In this document: in pieces, positions 11,869 to 28,820 of the stretch
How positions within the stretch are numbered: position 1 is the first letter of the stretch
Layout of the letters: each line of letters begins with the position of its first letter
Origin: the human T2T-CHM13v2.0 reference genome, Homo sapiens
Length of the DNA stretch: 64,000 nucleotides
NCBI RefSeq assembly: GCF_009914755.1
Contig: NC_060925.1
Direction: 5' to 3' (one strand)
Notes under the pieces: generated by a model
What the model was told of the DNA's origin: nothing
The model's database searches: none
The model's input: the letters and a program-made list of their open reading frames with translations, nothing else
Translations under genes and position numbers: made by a program

Positions 11869-13288
11869 CTTTTAAGTTAAAAATAAAATTGCACAAATTA
11901 TCAGATGTCAACAATATACACAACACAAACAAAACTTTCCATGCTACCAAAAAGACAGAAGGGGCACAACCGACAAGTTACTGAGCTGAGGCTCCAGTCA
12001 ACTCTTCTATGTGTCTACAAACAAATTTCAAGTGCTAACTTTAAAAAGAAAATTTTAAAGTCACTATAGATAAAAACTCATACATAGAAGAATTAAACAC
12101 ACTTTAACAGGTGGACTGACACACCAAAAGTCATTACAGTGGCAGAATAATTTCCTCTGCTACTCTTTCCCCAGATAACCAAATTAAGAGGTACCAGCTT
12201 CGGTTATTTCAGCAGAAGTAATCCTAGGCCAAGCAATATGCTGTTCTACTCCAGGAATGTTTTACATAAAATGTGAAAGCAAATGCCAAGTGTTTTCTCT
12301 GGGAGCTTAACAAGGGCTTTTTAAAGTTTCAAAATCACCAACATTTTCTCCAGAAAGGAACCACATTTTATTCCTGTAACTCCCATGTCCTTGGACAGAG
12401 CTGGAGAAAGGTGGAATGAGGAATTTGAACTCAGCAAAGTTCAGGGAAACAATAATTAATTTTTCTTCCCCACTGAGAACAGTATGGCTTCAGGACCAAC
12501 CATTACACCCTGTTCCACTGGTTAGGCACACTTTTCTGATGTTGGATCTTTTTTCTTTAAAAATAAGATTAAAGAAAATCTTTATTACTAATATAAAATC
12601 TGTTCATTGAAGAAAATTCAGAAAACACATATAAGCAAAAAGGAGGGGGGAAAAATCATTGTGATACCACCATCCATTCACTGTCAACATTTGTGAATAT
12701 CCTTTTAGCTTTTTAACCTATGTGTCTATGTATATATCTATAGATGCACATATATACAAATACATACAAAAACATGTGCATTTTTAATTTTAAAAATCCA
12801 TACTGACCACAGTATTTGATGATCTGATTTTTTTCCCCCATAACCTATCTTTTCAAACTCTAGTGTATAATTTTACATTACACTTTGCTTTTATGGAGTT
12901 GTAATTCAACCAACTGACTACTGTTCTGAAATTTAGGTTTCCAGTTTCTCACCACCAATACAATTTTGTACTGTGTAAAAATAAATCTAACTTGCATAGA
13001 CTCAGTAGAAAGGGGCACTGTATCAAGCAGGTACAGTGGCTTTTGGAGAGTAAAGCCAACAGCATTTGGGGAATTAGCAATGACGTTTCCATGACCAGTG
13101 AAGAGAACAATGAAGAGAAGGAAAACATCTGAACTACGTATTTCAGAAGAATTTAAACTGACAAATTCTAACAGGGCTTGGCTGCTATATCATGATTTGG
13201 TACTGTAAATAAGTGACTTTGGCATTAAGGTCGTGTAAAATTGCCTAATTTGGTCAATAACATTAAGGAATTTATAAAGTACATTTCT

Positions 13289-13730
<442 letters not shown>

Positions 13731-14020
13731 TTAAAAGTGTATTTTTCTTTTAAAAAAAAAAAAAAAAGACAATATGATTCAATTAAAAATTTTCGTTTCC
13801 TGGAGAAATAATTGTCAAGTCAGGTGGCATACCTGAGGTTTCCTCTAAAAAATTATCACTGTCTTATGGGCTTTATAAATAGATATAAATTGTATAAACT
13901 ACACCCCCCCCCCCAGTACTATAGTACTTCTATCTATTCTTAGGAGAGGCTTAATATTTTGCATGGTGAGAATTAATCATATTGAATAAGTAATTGAATA
14001 AGCAACACCACATTACTTAC

Positions 14021-14137
14021 CTGCAGACCAATTACACTTTGGCCAGCTTTTAATTTTCCTTCATCAAAACGTCTTGTTTGTTTTTCTGCATACTTAACTC
14101 CAATGTCAATGGTTGTATGGAATCCTTTTGTTTTAGC
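14021..14137 (-). CDS. CNN3: CNN3 exon 5 (AKTKGFHTTIDIGVKYAEKQTRRFDEGKLKAGQSVIGLQ)
   Basis: tctgtctag acceptor, CAG|gtaagt donor; 117 nt; calponin actin-binding region. Confidence 0.97.
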
Positions 14138-14472
14138 CTAGACAGAAACATGCACACTAACTGAAAAGGCCAACAGAGTTTCACAGAAGGAACAACAAAG
14201 AAATGATATGTTCATAGACAAAGGGGCCCAAACTAGAGATAAAAAGTATTTAAGGCTGTTCAATAATATACTGCATCATTTGAAATGTGAGTGTTCTAAG
14301 TAAGCTATCTAGTACGATGCAGCTGATGTCAGCAGCCTTTCCACAAAGCTACTAATTACAGAAGAGACAGGCCCCGCCCCACCTGGTCTGAACCCCCATG
14401 AAAAAGCAATGATGCAATTCATCACCAATGTGGTGGGAATCTGTTAACCAGCCATTAAAGACATATACGTAC

Positions 14473-14610
14473 CAGACCTGCTAGAGCCACCAGAGTAGTC
14501 TGAACCTGGGTCATGTTTCCATTCTCAAAAAGATCATTTGCTTCGAATATGTCATGTGGCTTCATACCATAAGCCTGAATAGCTTTAATAAAGTTGCCAA
14601 TATTCTCCAA
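14473..14610 (-). CDS. CNN3: CNN3 exon 4 ([46 protein letters not shown]; CH domain)
   Basis: tctttatag acceptor, CTG|gtacgt donor; 138 nt, phase 0/0. Confidence 0.97.
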
Positions 14611-15473
14611 CTATAAAGAAGAAGAGTTTTATAATTTCTGGAGCTAAATATTGACATTCATAATTTCTAAGAATTCCAAGTCTTCATAAACAGTTATAAG
14701 ACGCTGCCCAGAAAGCTGTTTGACAAGGATTCAACCAAATACATACTAAGCATGGCTCTCTCTGGAACAGGAAAGAGCAAGAAGAGAGTGTGTCTCTCAC
14801 TGTGGGTCACATCACAGTCTTAATATTTTTAAGCAGTTACGTGTTTTCAGTTTTTATGGGCAAGATCTTCCTTATATATTTTAAAAGGATTCTGTATCAG
14901 AGCTATCCAGGCCTGGAATTTTATTTGTCAAAAGGTATATAATTACTCATACTAATAAATAATTCATTATGTGTTATTTTAATTTCAGAATACATTTGTG
15001 GTTACTAAATACTCATTCTCTCATATCTCCAAACACATGTTCAAGACCAGTAAGTATCCCATTTTCCTTCCTCATACACACTCATGAACTAAGGTTATGT
15101 CTGATACAGTGCTCTGCAGTCCACTGTTAGTTATGTGGAATGCCTTGTTTTTTCCCTTATCCTTAAGGTCTGGGTTGCATTTCTCTGTGTAAGCTGTGTC
15201 AAGTCCTTTCTGAATGTACACAGACTAAATATAGGAAAACTTCTAAGCTAAACGTAATAATTACAGAACTAGTTAAATAAGTAATTACAGAACCATTACA
15301 AAAGGGCAAAAAATTAAATATGCACAAATTTCTGCTACAATGTCTATGTAAAAACCGTAATCAAAAAGTTAAAAAAAAAAAAAACACAAAACCAAAAAAC
15401 CAAACCTGAAATCAAGTTTTCACTACATAAAATGCAACCAACTAGAACCAGAGGTGGTTGGTTTGGCTGTTAC

Positions 15474-15540
15474 CTGAGGCCAGTTCAGTGAGGACTCGTT
15501 GACCTTCTTCACTGAGCCTGGCTGTAGCTTGTTTATAAGT
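15474..15540 (-). CDS. CNN3: CNN3 exon 3 (LINKLQPGSVKKVNESSLNWPQ; CH domain)
   Basis: ttcttttcag acceptor, CAG|gtaaca donor; 67 nt, completes a phase-2 junction. Confidence 0.97.
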
Positions 15541-15754
15541 CTGAAAAGAAAAATATGAGAGACATCTTATTTACTGGCACACAAAAACAAGGATTGAAAT
15601 ATCAAGTTGCTCCCTTTAGCATCAGTAAGGGAAAGCATTAAAGATATCTGTAGAATATCAAGGTCTGACACCCTGGGCTGAGAAGGAGAGTGAGAGAGAA
15701 GGCTGTGGAAAGAACTGGAAGAGCAGAAACAGATTCTGGAGGGCTGTAACTCAC

Positions 15755-15876
15755 TCGCAGAGGATGATGCCATCCTTTAAGCCCAGCTGGAAGTTGGGGC
15801 CAATGCTCATGCCTGTCACCTCTTCTATCCAATTGCGAAGATCTTCTTCTGCCTGATGATCATACTTGGAAGCAAT
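15755..15876 (-). CDS. CNN3: CNN3 exon 2 ([41 protein letters not shown]; CH domain start)
   Basis: tatttcag acceptor, GA|gtgagt donor; 122 nt; [10 protein letters not shown]-domain motif. Confidence 0.97.
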
Positions 15877-16796
15877 CTGAAATACAGGTTAACTCACTTT
15901 AGAAGAATTTCACAAAAGCATCAGAAACTGCCGACTCACAACGCGCTCTGCTTTCACTAGCCATTAAGACCACAGCTGTGAAGTGTAGTAAATGACACTC
16001 AATAGATCTCAATGGCAAACTTAACCGTTACAACTTCAGTAACTAATAACAAATTTTTGGTGAAGACCGTGTCATACAAAATTTTGAACAGACCATGGAG
16101 AGGCTGGGACTGACAAGGAGAGAACATCAATCAAGAGACATCAGATTTCATGATCCACAGGAAGTGACAAGGATTTAATGGTATGTTACAATATGGCACT
16201 CAAACTTTAAGGTTTAAGTCATTAATCACCCTATTCCAAAAAAAGCTGGGGAAAGGATTCTGACACATGCAGTTATTTTACAGAGTATCTCACCTGGCCA
16301 ATACATAACATTCCAATAGTTTTGTTGACTGGAAAGTTCTGGTATTTGCCTTCTATTCAGCCAAATACACACTATATACTAAACACACACACACACACTT
16401 TCCTCAGTACTAATTACTGTACAATATTTAAATTCTGTTTATGTAGTCTCTATCCTATTAGACTTCTTACAGGCAGGAAAAGCATCTAGTTCATTCAGAT
16501 TCTTAGTATCTAGAATTGAACCTGACACCCAAACATGTGATAAAACTAAAAGAAAGTTTAACTTTTTACTTGCAGAATTCAAAAATAAAGGCCAACTTAC
16601 CAACACAAATGCTATGCTATTATACATGGTAAAACTATTAAACATAAGTTTTGAAAGATCCCTTTTTAATAAGACCACAGACCTCAATTTAAAATAATTG
16701 AAAAAATAAAATTTAAACAAAATATTGTGAAAAAAATCACATGCCCAAGTTCTTAAGCTATCCCTTGTCCTGGAGTCCCCTTAAAGTGGCTGGTCA

Positions 16797-17153
<357 letters not shown>

Positions 17154-18115
17154 TCATTTGTCTTCTCATTCAGCACTGGTGAAAATGCCAAGTATACATA
17201 GGAAATGCTCAGGAGATAGAGATCATGAGCTTGGGAATCAATTACATCATTGGAAATGGGAATGAAGGTAGAAATGTCTGCTGTGTCCATAAGACATAGG
17301 GAGGTTTAATCATTGGAAGAAATGAAATGGCATCTTGACATTTTAGTCACAAAGAAGTCCCACAAGTTCCAGTCTACACCACTCACGGAGGAACCAAGCA
17401 GAACTGTGGGAAATGCCCTAGGTTCATAGTGCCAGAGCATATAGGACTGTGGGCTGCATTCAGGTCCTTTCCAAGGGAGAGAGCCTGATCACCAGGATCA
17501 GGACAGACATTTACGAACCTGGCCAGCTTACCTGTAAGTCACCCAACAGTGAAAACCAACGCTGAGTCTTAAAAAACAGATTCAAAGCGTACACTTGATC
17601 ACAGTTCCTTTTTGTGTCCATCAAAAGCCACAACAGCCTTTTAACTTCTCAAGGTAGGAAAAACATCCCGTTTCCCAGGTCAAGTAGGTGGAAATGTCTA
17701 CATTCCAGGTCCCCCTCTTGAAGGCTCACCATGCACCTGAGCCTGAGAGATCCCCTGGCACATAATCAGACCACTCCTGGGCTGTTTTCAGGGCCTCTTT
17801 TCCCCTCCCCGCCACGCCAAGGCATGAAGCTTCTGCTTTGACTGAGAGAGGGCAAATGATTTCACTAAATTACTGTGGCATTAGGGAGATGGCAGTTCTT
17901 GATCCTTTGCACCCTTTACCCAAGTTGGAGAAATGGCTCTACAGCTTTGACAGAATAATGGATAATTGATTTGAACTGTAGATTTACTTAACCAGAATTA
18001 CAAAAGAAAATCCAGTAAGTTTATATTTTCATATTAAGACGACTAACTTTGCAGTGTTTCATGGATCAAGTCTGGCCTGGAGGTTAGTTTATAAAAGACA
18101 GTCTTAAATACAATT

Positions 18116-18655
<540 letters not shown>

Positions 18656-19932
18656 TGACTATATTTTTACACTGGGGTCTTGTTCTGGGTGCCTAGAAAA
18701 ATAAATTCTCACTATATAAACTGGAGGTGGTGGTATGAAAGGGGATAGGCAAAGAAGAAAAGGAGAAAAGAGTACTCCTCAAGCATTAACTATGGAAAGC
18801 AAATACTAATTGTAAGGTGATTTTTTTTTTTCCCCAAAAGTGAGGGCGTTCTCAACTAGGAGATATATTTTGATCAATCTGAAGAAAAACATAATATGCT
18901 AGGGTGAGAGGAGTTCTGCCTTGGCGCCATGCCTGGCTCCATCTATCTTTGCTATGGGCCTGGGTTAGTTCCTCTAACTTCTCTCGATCCAAGAGGAAGT
19001 CTAAACTGGATGCCTGCACTAGGTCCGTTCCTACTCTCAGCTATCTACACAATTTGGTCAAATAATAAAAAACTGAAGAAGTATTTTCTCGTTTCTTCAA
19101 ATGTAGAGAAAAATTATGTTAGAGTAGTTTGGGATATTTCACAGGATGGTGATGGTAATTCTCATACCAAATGACATCAATTAATATTTAAGCAGAAAAA
19201 CATTAAAAGCATATTTATGCATCCTTTGTTCAAAATGTGTCCAACAGATTTGGTGCCATGCCCCAAACCACGAAGTGACTACAGACCTAACTTGAAATAT
19301 CCTAGTAGATCCCAGTAAGAAGTTTTCACCTTCTCTGTTGACAGTTCTTGTCAAGGAAGTGATGAGATAGAAAAATCAAGCACTGGAGTCAGATGGACCT
19401 CAGTTCAAATCCTGGCTCTACCAATGAGTGGTTGTGGGGGGGAGCTCTGGACAGGTGATGCTGTCCTTGAGACTTACCATATGACCACGTGCACAGAAGA
19501 AATTCGTATGTACAAGCATGCAAAACTCAAAGCCCCATATGATCAATTAAAAATTAAGACTAGGAATGCAGCCACATCAAATAACTGTTGGTGTGGGCTA
19601 AGGGTTTCCTTTAAGTAAAGGAGCAACAGGATTCTCCTATCCAAATACTTCGAATATTTTTCTAGTAAGTGAGCTTTATGCAGTCAGGCCAGCTAAACAG
19701 CATTATCTTTTAAAATCAAGGAACTGAGAGCAATTTAAAAAAGTAATCTTTGGCCAATAAAAATGATTTACTATCTTCATCTAAAAAGCTTTAATTTCTC
19801 AACATCTGGCAGAAAAACGCTGACATTTTCTTTCTCTCAACAAAAGAAAGTTAGCTTAAAATAATTGCTTAAACTTACCTCATTAATACTTCATGGAAAT
19901 TTCACTCTAATTTACTTAAAAATTACTCTTCC

Positions 19933-20295
<363 letters not shown>

Positions 20296-20881
20296 TTATT
20301 TTCTTGGCCTTCCCAAGCTGCTTTCGCAGACTTTCTGCCTGGCTCTTTCAAATCCACAGCAGCCCCTCTCTTTATATGCCCACCTTCCTTTCTTAAACAC
20401 GCACACATTCTCCAAGCAGTGCCTGACAGCCTTCTTTGCATCAAGGAGCACTTACAAATGATCCAGAGACCGAGGAGAATACTGTCTAGGCACACCTGCT
20501 GGAGACTCCTCCCCGAAACTCTCCAACATCCCTCTTGCCAGATACAATCAACATGTGAAGATAATGAAGACCAAGAAAAAAGCCTCCTAGGGCATAGGAT
20601 ACAGCTGATCCTCCTCCCTACATTCAGCGATTGGCCTGCTCTGCTCTCGCTCCTCCGACAGCTTCACCTGCTCCTCTTCATGTTCCTGTGCCTGGGTCCA
20701 GGGCTCATCCTGTTGTGGTCGTGGTGGCGGCTTCAGCCCTTAGAGCTTCCCTTGGCTCTCTCCTCAGGACAGCTAAGAGCACCAGTGTGGAGTCACCCTT
20801 CAGTTCAAATGCAGATCAGTCCTTTCTTGTTTCATGACCTTTCTTTAGCCCTCACTTTCTTTTGTAATTCTAAAATAATAA

Positions 20882-21179
<298 letters not shown>

Positions 21180-21213
21180 AATTCCAAAATAATAATTTTT
21201 TTTAAAAAAATTA

Positions 21214-21523
21214 GGCTGGGCCAGGCATGGTGGCTCAGGCCTGTAATCCTGCAACTTTGGGAGGCTGAGGCAGGAGGAATCCTTGAGCCCAGGAGTTCGA
21301 GACCAGCCAGGGCAATATAGGGAGCCCGTCTCTTTAAAAAAAAAAAAAAAAAATAGGCCAGGTGGGTGGCTCATGCCTGTAATCCTAGCACTTTGGGAGG
21401 CCAAGGCAGGAGGATTGCTTGAAGCCAGGAGTTCCAGGTTGCAGTGACTGATAATCATGTCACTGCACTACAGCCTGGGTGGCAAAGTGAGACTCTGTCT
21501 TTAAAACAAAAATAAACAAATAA
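21214..21523 (+). mobile_element. Two tandem Alu monomers (FLAM-like, then FAM/FRAM-like)
   Basis: Monomer consensus, A-tail at about 21335-21353. Confidence 0.85.
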
Positions 21524-23856
21524 ATGATATACAAGTATGTAGCGCATGCATTCTCAACAGGGGTGGTGGTGTCCCAAAGAGGTGAAAAGTGTTTCTTGTG
21601 GTGGTTTCTACCAATGGTGAAAAAAATCTTAAGACAATACAAAAACTTGGGACCCTCCAAAGCTCAACTCTACCCAACAAAATCTTATTCCTTTGTACTA
21701 AATCTAGCAAGGGATAGGAGGTAACTAGGAACAATGTCTAAAACAACTCTTGGAGAAGGTGATCATGAAAACAAGGTTAAGAAACACTGAGATAACACTA
21801 AAATGTACAAGTCTCTCCCCCCACAAATCACACTCCATTCCCAGAGGGAAGGGCCTATCCTTCAGCCAATTATTCTTCCAGCCCACAGGCACACATATCA
21901 CATATCACTATTAATCATATATCCAAGAGCTCTGGACTAAGACCACCTTCAGAAACACAACCCCGAGGGCCTATGTGTCCTAACAGTGAAGGCAGACACT
22001 AGAGCAGATACAAGCCTACCAGCTGCTGGGAAACAGCCATGCCCCTCCCTGGCTCTGAAATTTGAGAAGCTTCCCCCTAAGAACCCTCAGAAAGGGAGAA
22101 AGAGTAAAGGGAGACCTAGCTTCAAAAAGCACCTCCACAGCTGACCCAAAAGCTCGATTCCTGCGCTGTTGAATGGTACTTCTCGGTGTACGCCGAGAGC
22201 ATTCAGCTCAAGTACCATTTGAAAAAAAGATGGGGGCACATCTGCCATGAGGTAGAGTGATGACATTCATGTACAAGAACTGTCTGATGCCCCCATTACA
22301 CCCAGGACATTCCAGAATCTACTGAAGAATGAAGACTGCTTGTTTTTCACATGGATTCCTTCTCACAATGTATTATCATCACAGAGCTTGTTCAAACCTG
22401 GAAGCAGACAATTCCTGGTTATTGTCCCCAGTGATTACAACAGTCTCCCTAATTTCAGCTGTGGCTCCCCGTTTTGAGCCACCAGGATAATCCTGCATTA
22501 CTCCAAACTCTCTAAGTAAACTCGTATTCAACATTAGCTTCTGTTTTTCAAGTGTTCCGTGTGTTCCTTAGATTCTTCTTTCATCTTCTTTCTCCATTAA
22601 TCCTTCTTTCTGTCCTTCATCTAAATGGCTAGTTCATATCAGGCACAGTTCAAAGGCAAAGTCTCTGTCCTAAAAGCTTACATTCTAGCAGAAAGAGACA
22701 AATATTAAATACGGTGTATTAAAGAGTTCACAAAAATATATATAAAATAGGGTGTTTAAAATAAAGAGAGAACAATGGGGGCTACCATGGTCCCAAAATA
22801 GGAACCAAATAGATTTCCATCTCAAGGTATCAAGATTCCTCCTCTCCTTCCTTCTCACTATCACTTGCTATTCTTGGTATCTCATGCAAGGACAATGAAC
22901 AGGTTTCAACATTTTCATCTACCCTGTCTCTCCGCAATGAATCCTATAAACATTTACTGAAGATCACACGCTTTCAAGTCAAACTTCAAAACCCTGTGTT
23001 CCCAAGTTCCAGTGTGACCTTGGCAAGTAACTGAACCCAGGTCACCCCATTTCTTGTGGGTAGACTCCTTCCTTCCAGGGCCACTGTGAGGATGAAGCCT
23101 GTTCAATAGGAATGGAACCCACCGCAATACCTGACACACAACAGCATGCACGCCCTCCAATTTTATCAGCTCCAGGTACAGAGCATTCTATTAACCAAAC
23201 CCCACTGCAACTTGTTCAATCCATTGTTTGCAATAGCAAAGAAAACCCCACTGCAGACAGGCTCACCTGGGATGCCAGCCTTCACCACTGTCCACTCCCT
23301 TTACCACTCTTCCTGAGGCTGGTTCCTGCCTCTCTGTCTTTGCTAAAGCTCTTCTCTCTGCTTAGAATGTGTTTGCATCCCGAATTCTTATTCTTTTTCA
23401 GATTGTTGCTGACAAAAAGGACAAAGGAACTATTTTACAAAATCAGGCATGTATCTTATGGGGGGTGGGAGTGGGAATTCTAGAGAAAAACATTTTACAT
23501 TTGGGACAGTGATGTCAAGATAGAATGCATGCTTTTCTTGAGGTCACCACAGAATCTAAGACTCATTCCATGGCACGAACGTGCTAAAGATTTGATGCGG
23601 AGGAACTAGACATTTAAAAGCTGTGGAAAATCATGCTCGCCTCAGGTAAACAGAAGTAAAGTCCAGGAGCATTTTAAAGCCAGGTCCTCCTCTCAGAGGT
23701 ACAACTGTGTCTTCAGATCAAGGTATCAGCATATGGCACCAACCAGCACAAATTTTTCCCCTCCAAATGTCTATAATCAGGTAAATACAAAAACATTATG
23801 ACTCAATATACAAATATTGTGAGACTGACAAGAAATTAAAGCTTCAAAAATTACTA

Positions 23857-24433
<577 letters not shown>

Positions 24434-27230
24434 TTTTATATATATGATTAAAGAGGAGCTGGTCCAGTGCCTAAAGCAAAGAGTATAACAAACGGTAGAA
24501 AGATGCAGAGCTAACAGAATGTCAATTTTGTCTTCTCTGTCTAGAAAATGACCTTTAGACTGCAAAGCTTAGAACACATATAGTTTATAGTGGATTTTTG
24601 AAAGTTCAAATCTAAACAAGGAGCGAACAAGTATAGACACTGGATTCCCAGAAGAATCTAGACTCAGAAATAACAAGTAACAAAAAAGTGGGTATCAAGC
24701 AGCTCACTGTGAGAGAAGCCTTGGCAAACGGTAGTAACTAGAACCTAGAGAGAAGCCTGCTCCCACTCCATCCCCACCCAGAGGGCAAGGATCTATTACT
24801 GGCTGAAGAGCCCGGCAGGCGCCCTCCTAGAGTGGACTCTTGGGGAGAGAGTGTGCAAGCAAGCACTCAGGGAGAAGGGCAGCCATCACCAAGGCTGCAT
24901 GGACACACAAGGCATGTCCAAGAACACCTGCCCATGTCCCCTCCTTGAGGGGAGGTCAGGCTCCTGTTCATCTTAGTAATCCTCATGCCCATGCCTGATA
25001 CATAGTGGGCACTCAATCCATGATTTTTCACCCACTGACAGGATTACCAGCCTAGGGAAATGCCTCAGATTTAAAGATCTATCTTGTTTCGGAAAGGCAT
25101 CTGCATTTGAATGTCACTGCCTTTTATGGGCGTCACATCTCCTTGATCTGCCAATCTGGTAATCTTAGATGGCCCACTAGGGATATAATTGCATTACTTT
25201 CTGATAAAAGTTCCTTATGTCTAGGGCACTCCTGAAGTCCAGTTTAGTAACCCTAGAAGGAGGGTACAGTCAGAAGGAACACCATGCCCACTGTGCTGAT
25301 TATGTCATGGCAGAGGAAACTCGTGGTGATGTGTACCTCAATGTTTGGATTTAGATGTGTTCTCTTCTGTTTTGGTCATTAATGACTTGGAAACTACTTG
25401 GCATACTTATTAAGGAAACTGGGAATCAGAAGGATCTTTCTTACGTTAATACACAGTTTATTCAAAATATATGTCAAATCCTGCCCCAAAGTTTTAGAAC
25501 TAGTAACACTTACTCAGTGAGTTGAGTAAGTTAAAAAGCCAACACTATCTTGGTCTGCATAGTTATACAATTCTTCATAAAATAGTATTGCTTATTTGTT
25601 TAAATCAAAACAGCCCCATGAGGTAACCAAGGAAAGCATTATTTATAAGAAACGGGTGCGCATGGAGTTCATGTGAGCCATAAAACCTCCCAGAGTGATC
25701 ATCACCATACTTTATAGACTGGAGAAGTCAATTTGACAAAGCAAGGATTAGAATCCTTCTTCTACACAGAGTTACCTTGTCTACCTGGCCAAGTGATTCT
25801 GTTGGTTAAAACAGGAGGAGCTAAAGCTTTGTAATCAAAGGAAGTCAGTTACCAATCCCAGTGTACTCTGGTAGGTTAAACCACATCTGTGGCAATACTA
25901 TGATCAATTCTGAGTGATGCATTCTGAAGGGACACTGATAAGCTGACATCAGTTTCTAGAAGGAGTAAACTAGGTGGGGAAGGGATTAGAAAAACCATAT
26001 ATAGCCTATTATGAGAAACTGGCTAGCCAGGAGTGGCTACATATGACCTGGAAGTTTAGGAGAGGCAGGTTAGCTCCCATCTAAATATTTAGATGGAAGT
26101 CATATAGAAGAGAGAGTTGATTTATTCTGAGTGACACACAGAGGACAGGCCAGGGAAATATATGGAGAAATTCCTGAGAGATGGACTAGAAGCAAACAGG
26201 CATGGAAAAATATCATGTTTTGAGTGCCAATGAAGCACAGGCAGGAAGAGATGACCTCCAAGAAAGCTTGTTGGAGAACATTCTCTCACTGGGAAGAAGG
26301 CCAGCTGGGTCTTGAATTTTAGAGATCTGTAGAGATTTTGCTGAAAGGAGATCTTAGCTGAAGCCCCACAGGTAAAAAGAGGTGAAAATAGAGATGTTCC
26401 TCAAGTTTTTGTTTTCTTTGTCTCACCACTAGAATATTTAAGAGTCTAACAAACTCATTCCCGCATTTGTAGGTATCAGCTCTTTGCCACTCTCCAGATT
26501 GTCAAGCACTGTCTCTTCAGCAGGACCTCTAGGTGCCTCCAAAATAACCCTTGAGTCAGGAGCATGGGTAACACTGAAGAACTGTCATTTATCTTTCCAT
26601 AACGACAAGGCACATGACCTGTTTGCAACTTTTCTGTAGTTTCAGAATGTACACTCACTCCTCATCAACTCTTCAGCAAGCCCGCTCCATAGGACAAGCC
26701 TCAGTCTACTGTGACTCAAGGAAGGCATGAAATCCACCTCAACGTCATTGTCCCAAAAGTTCGCTGTATTGTTCTGAAGGAACTTGTCTCAACCAGCCTG
26801 GGGAACCCTCATCTCACAGATCACTGACCACCCGCATCCCCATGCTCCCATCTGCCAACCCCAAAACTGAGTCGAAACACCACGCGGCTCCTTTACTGAA
26901 GGTTATTATTGGGACAAGGCATGAAAGTGGGCCAAGGAGAAATGGGATCTCAGCCCTTTGGGTCAGCCTTAGTAAATCTGGAACTCCTCTTGGAGTCTAG
27001 ATCCAGGTCTAGATCTCAGATTGCAAATGCTTTTTTGCTTACTACAATGGAGTCTGTCCATTTGAGAAAGGTGGCTTTACACAACCAGCTATGAACAGAG
27101 AGGAAATCGAATTTTAAACATGGGATAGATGCTGATGGAATCTTACAGATATGTTAACTGTGCAAAAGAGCACCATTTTTTCCCCAATGAAAATGAGAAA
27201 ATATGACATTTCCATTACAAAGTAGGATAG

Positions 27231-27457
<227 letters not shown>

Positions 27458-28535
27458 CATTTCCTCCTTTTAAAAATATTCATACTGTGCCTTATGAAAT
27501 ACCATACAAAGGTATTTTGTACTTTCTGAGACCCTAAGTAAAAAGCCATTAGGTTCATTTTGCTTTTAATGAGGATGTGTGAAAAAAAGATGAAGTCAGA
27601 GGCAAGGCTCAAACACCTGCATGCCACCAAATCCTACACAAATGCCACCCAAAGATAGGCTGGATGCAAACTGAAGTCCAAGCTTCTTAAACACCAAGAC
27701 AAAGAGGGACATAATCAACTACAAGATTCAGAGGTCCTCTAAAAGAAAGTCAGCCTGAACATGGTTTCCCCTTTCCAGTCCCGAAGTCTGCAAGGATCTT
27801 ATGATGAAGTCACAGGGGACCCTCCACATAGACAGTAAAGGTGAACTCCATATTTTACATAATTGTAATGCAATCTGAGAGCATGGATGAGGGAGAAAAT
27901 AAGTTACCCTGAAAGCATTACATCTTCCATCAGAGTGCTATGCCCCAACACAAAGGTCTCTTGGAGATAATACAGTAAAGGCTTGCTACAGACAACCAGG
28001 CTCTAACAAAATAAACCCAACTTCCCATCCCTTCCAGATCAAGGGCCAATGGAAAGAGGAGAGTGAACCAGTGCCCAAGCTCCAAAGGGGCAGCCCAATC
28101 AGCAGTGCGCTCACAGGGAGGGCTTAGCCTGGGCCATCTCTTCCTATTCCTGCTCTCTTCCCCATCGGACATCAGTGGCTCTAGCATAATAAGGTCAGGA
28201 GCAAAGTGACACCCCTATTTCAGATGAAAAGAGGACTTCTCCACATCAGTGCTGCGTTTTCATGGTCCTCTTCCCTTCCCCTTCTGAGCTGGGCCCCTTC
28301 TCTTCCCGCTGACCCTCCTGCCCTTCTGCTTTGCCCCCACACACCATCTGTTTTGGGCTGTTGCCTTTACTTGGTCCATCAATGGGCACAGGCTACCCTG
28401 TCTTCCCTGAAATGGCAAATTTTTAATTGAACCTGCTGCCAGCCTCATACACTGTCCTGTTTGTCATTTATTTCATGCCAAGCCTGCCCATTTCCTCCCT
28501 TAGTACTCTCTCCTAACCCCTGGAAATTTGCTCTA

Positions 28536-28820
<285 letters not shown>

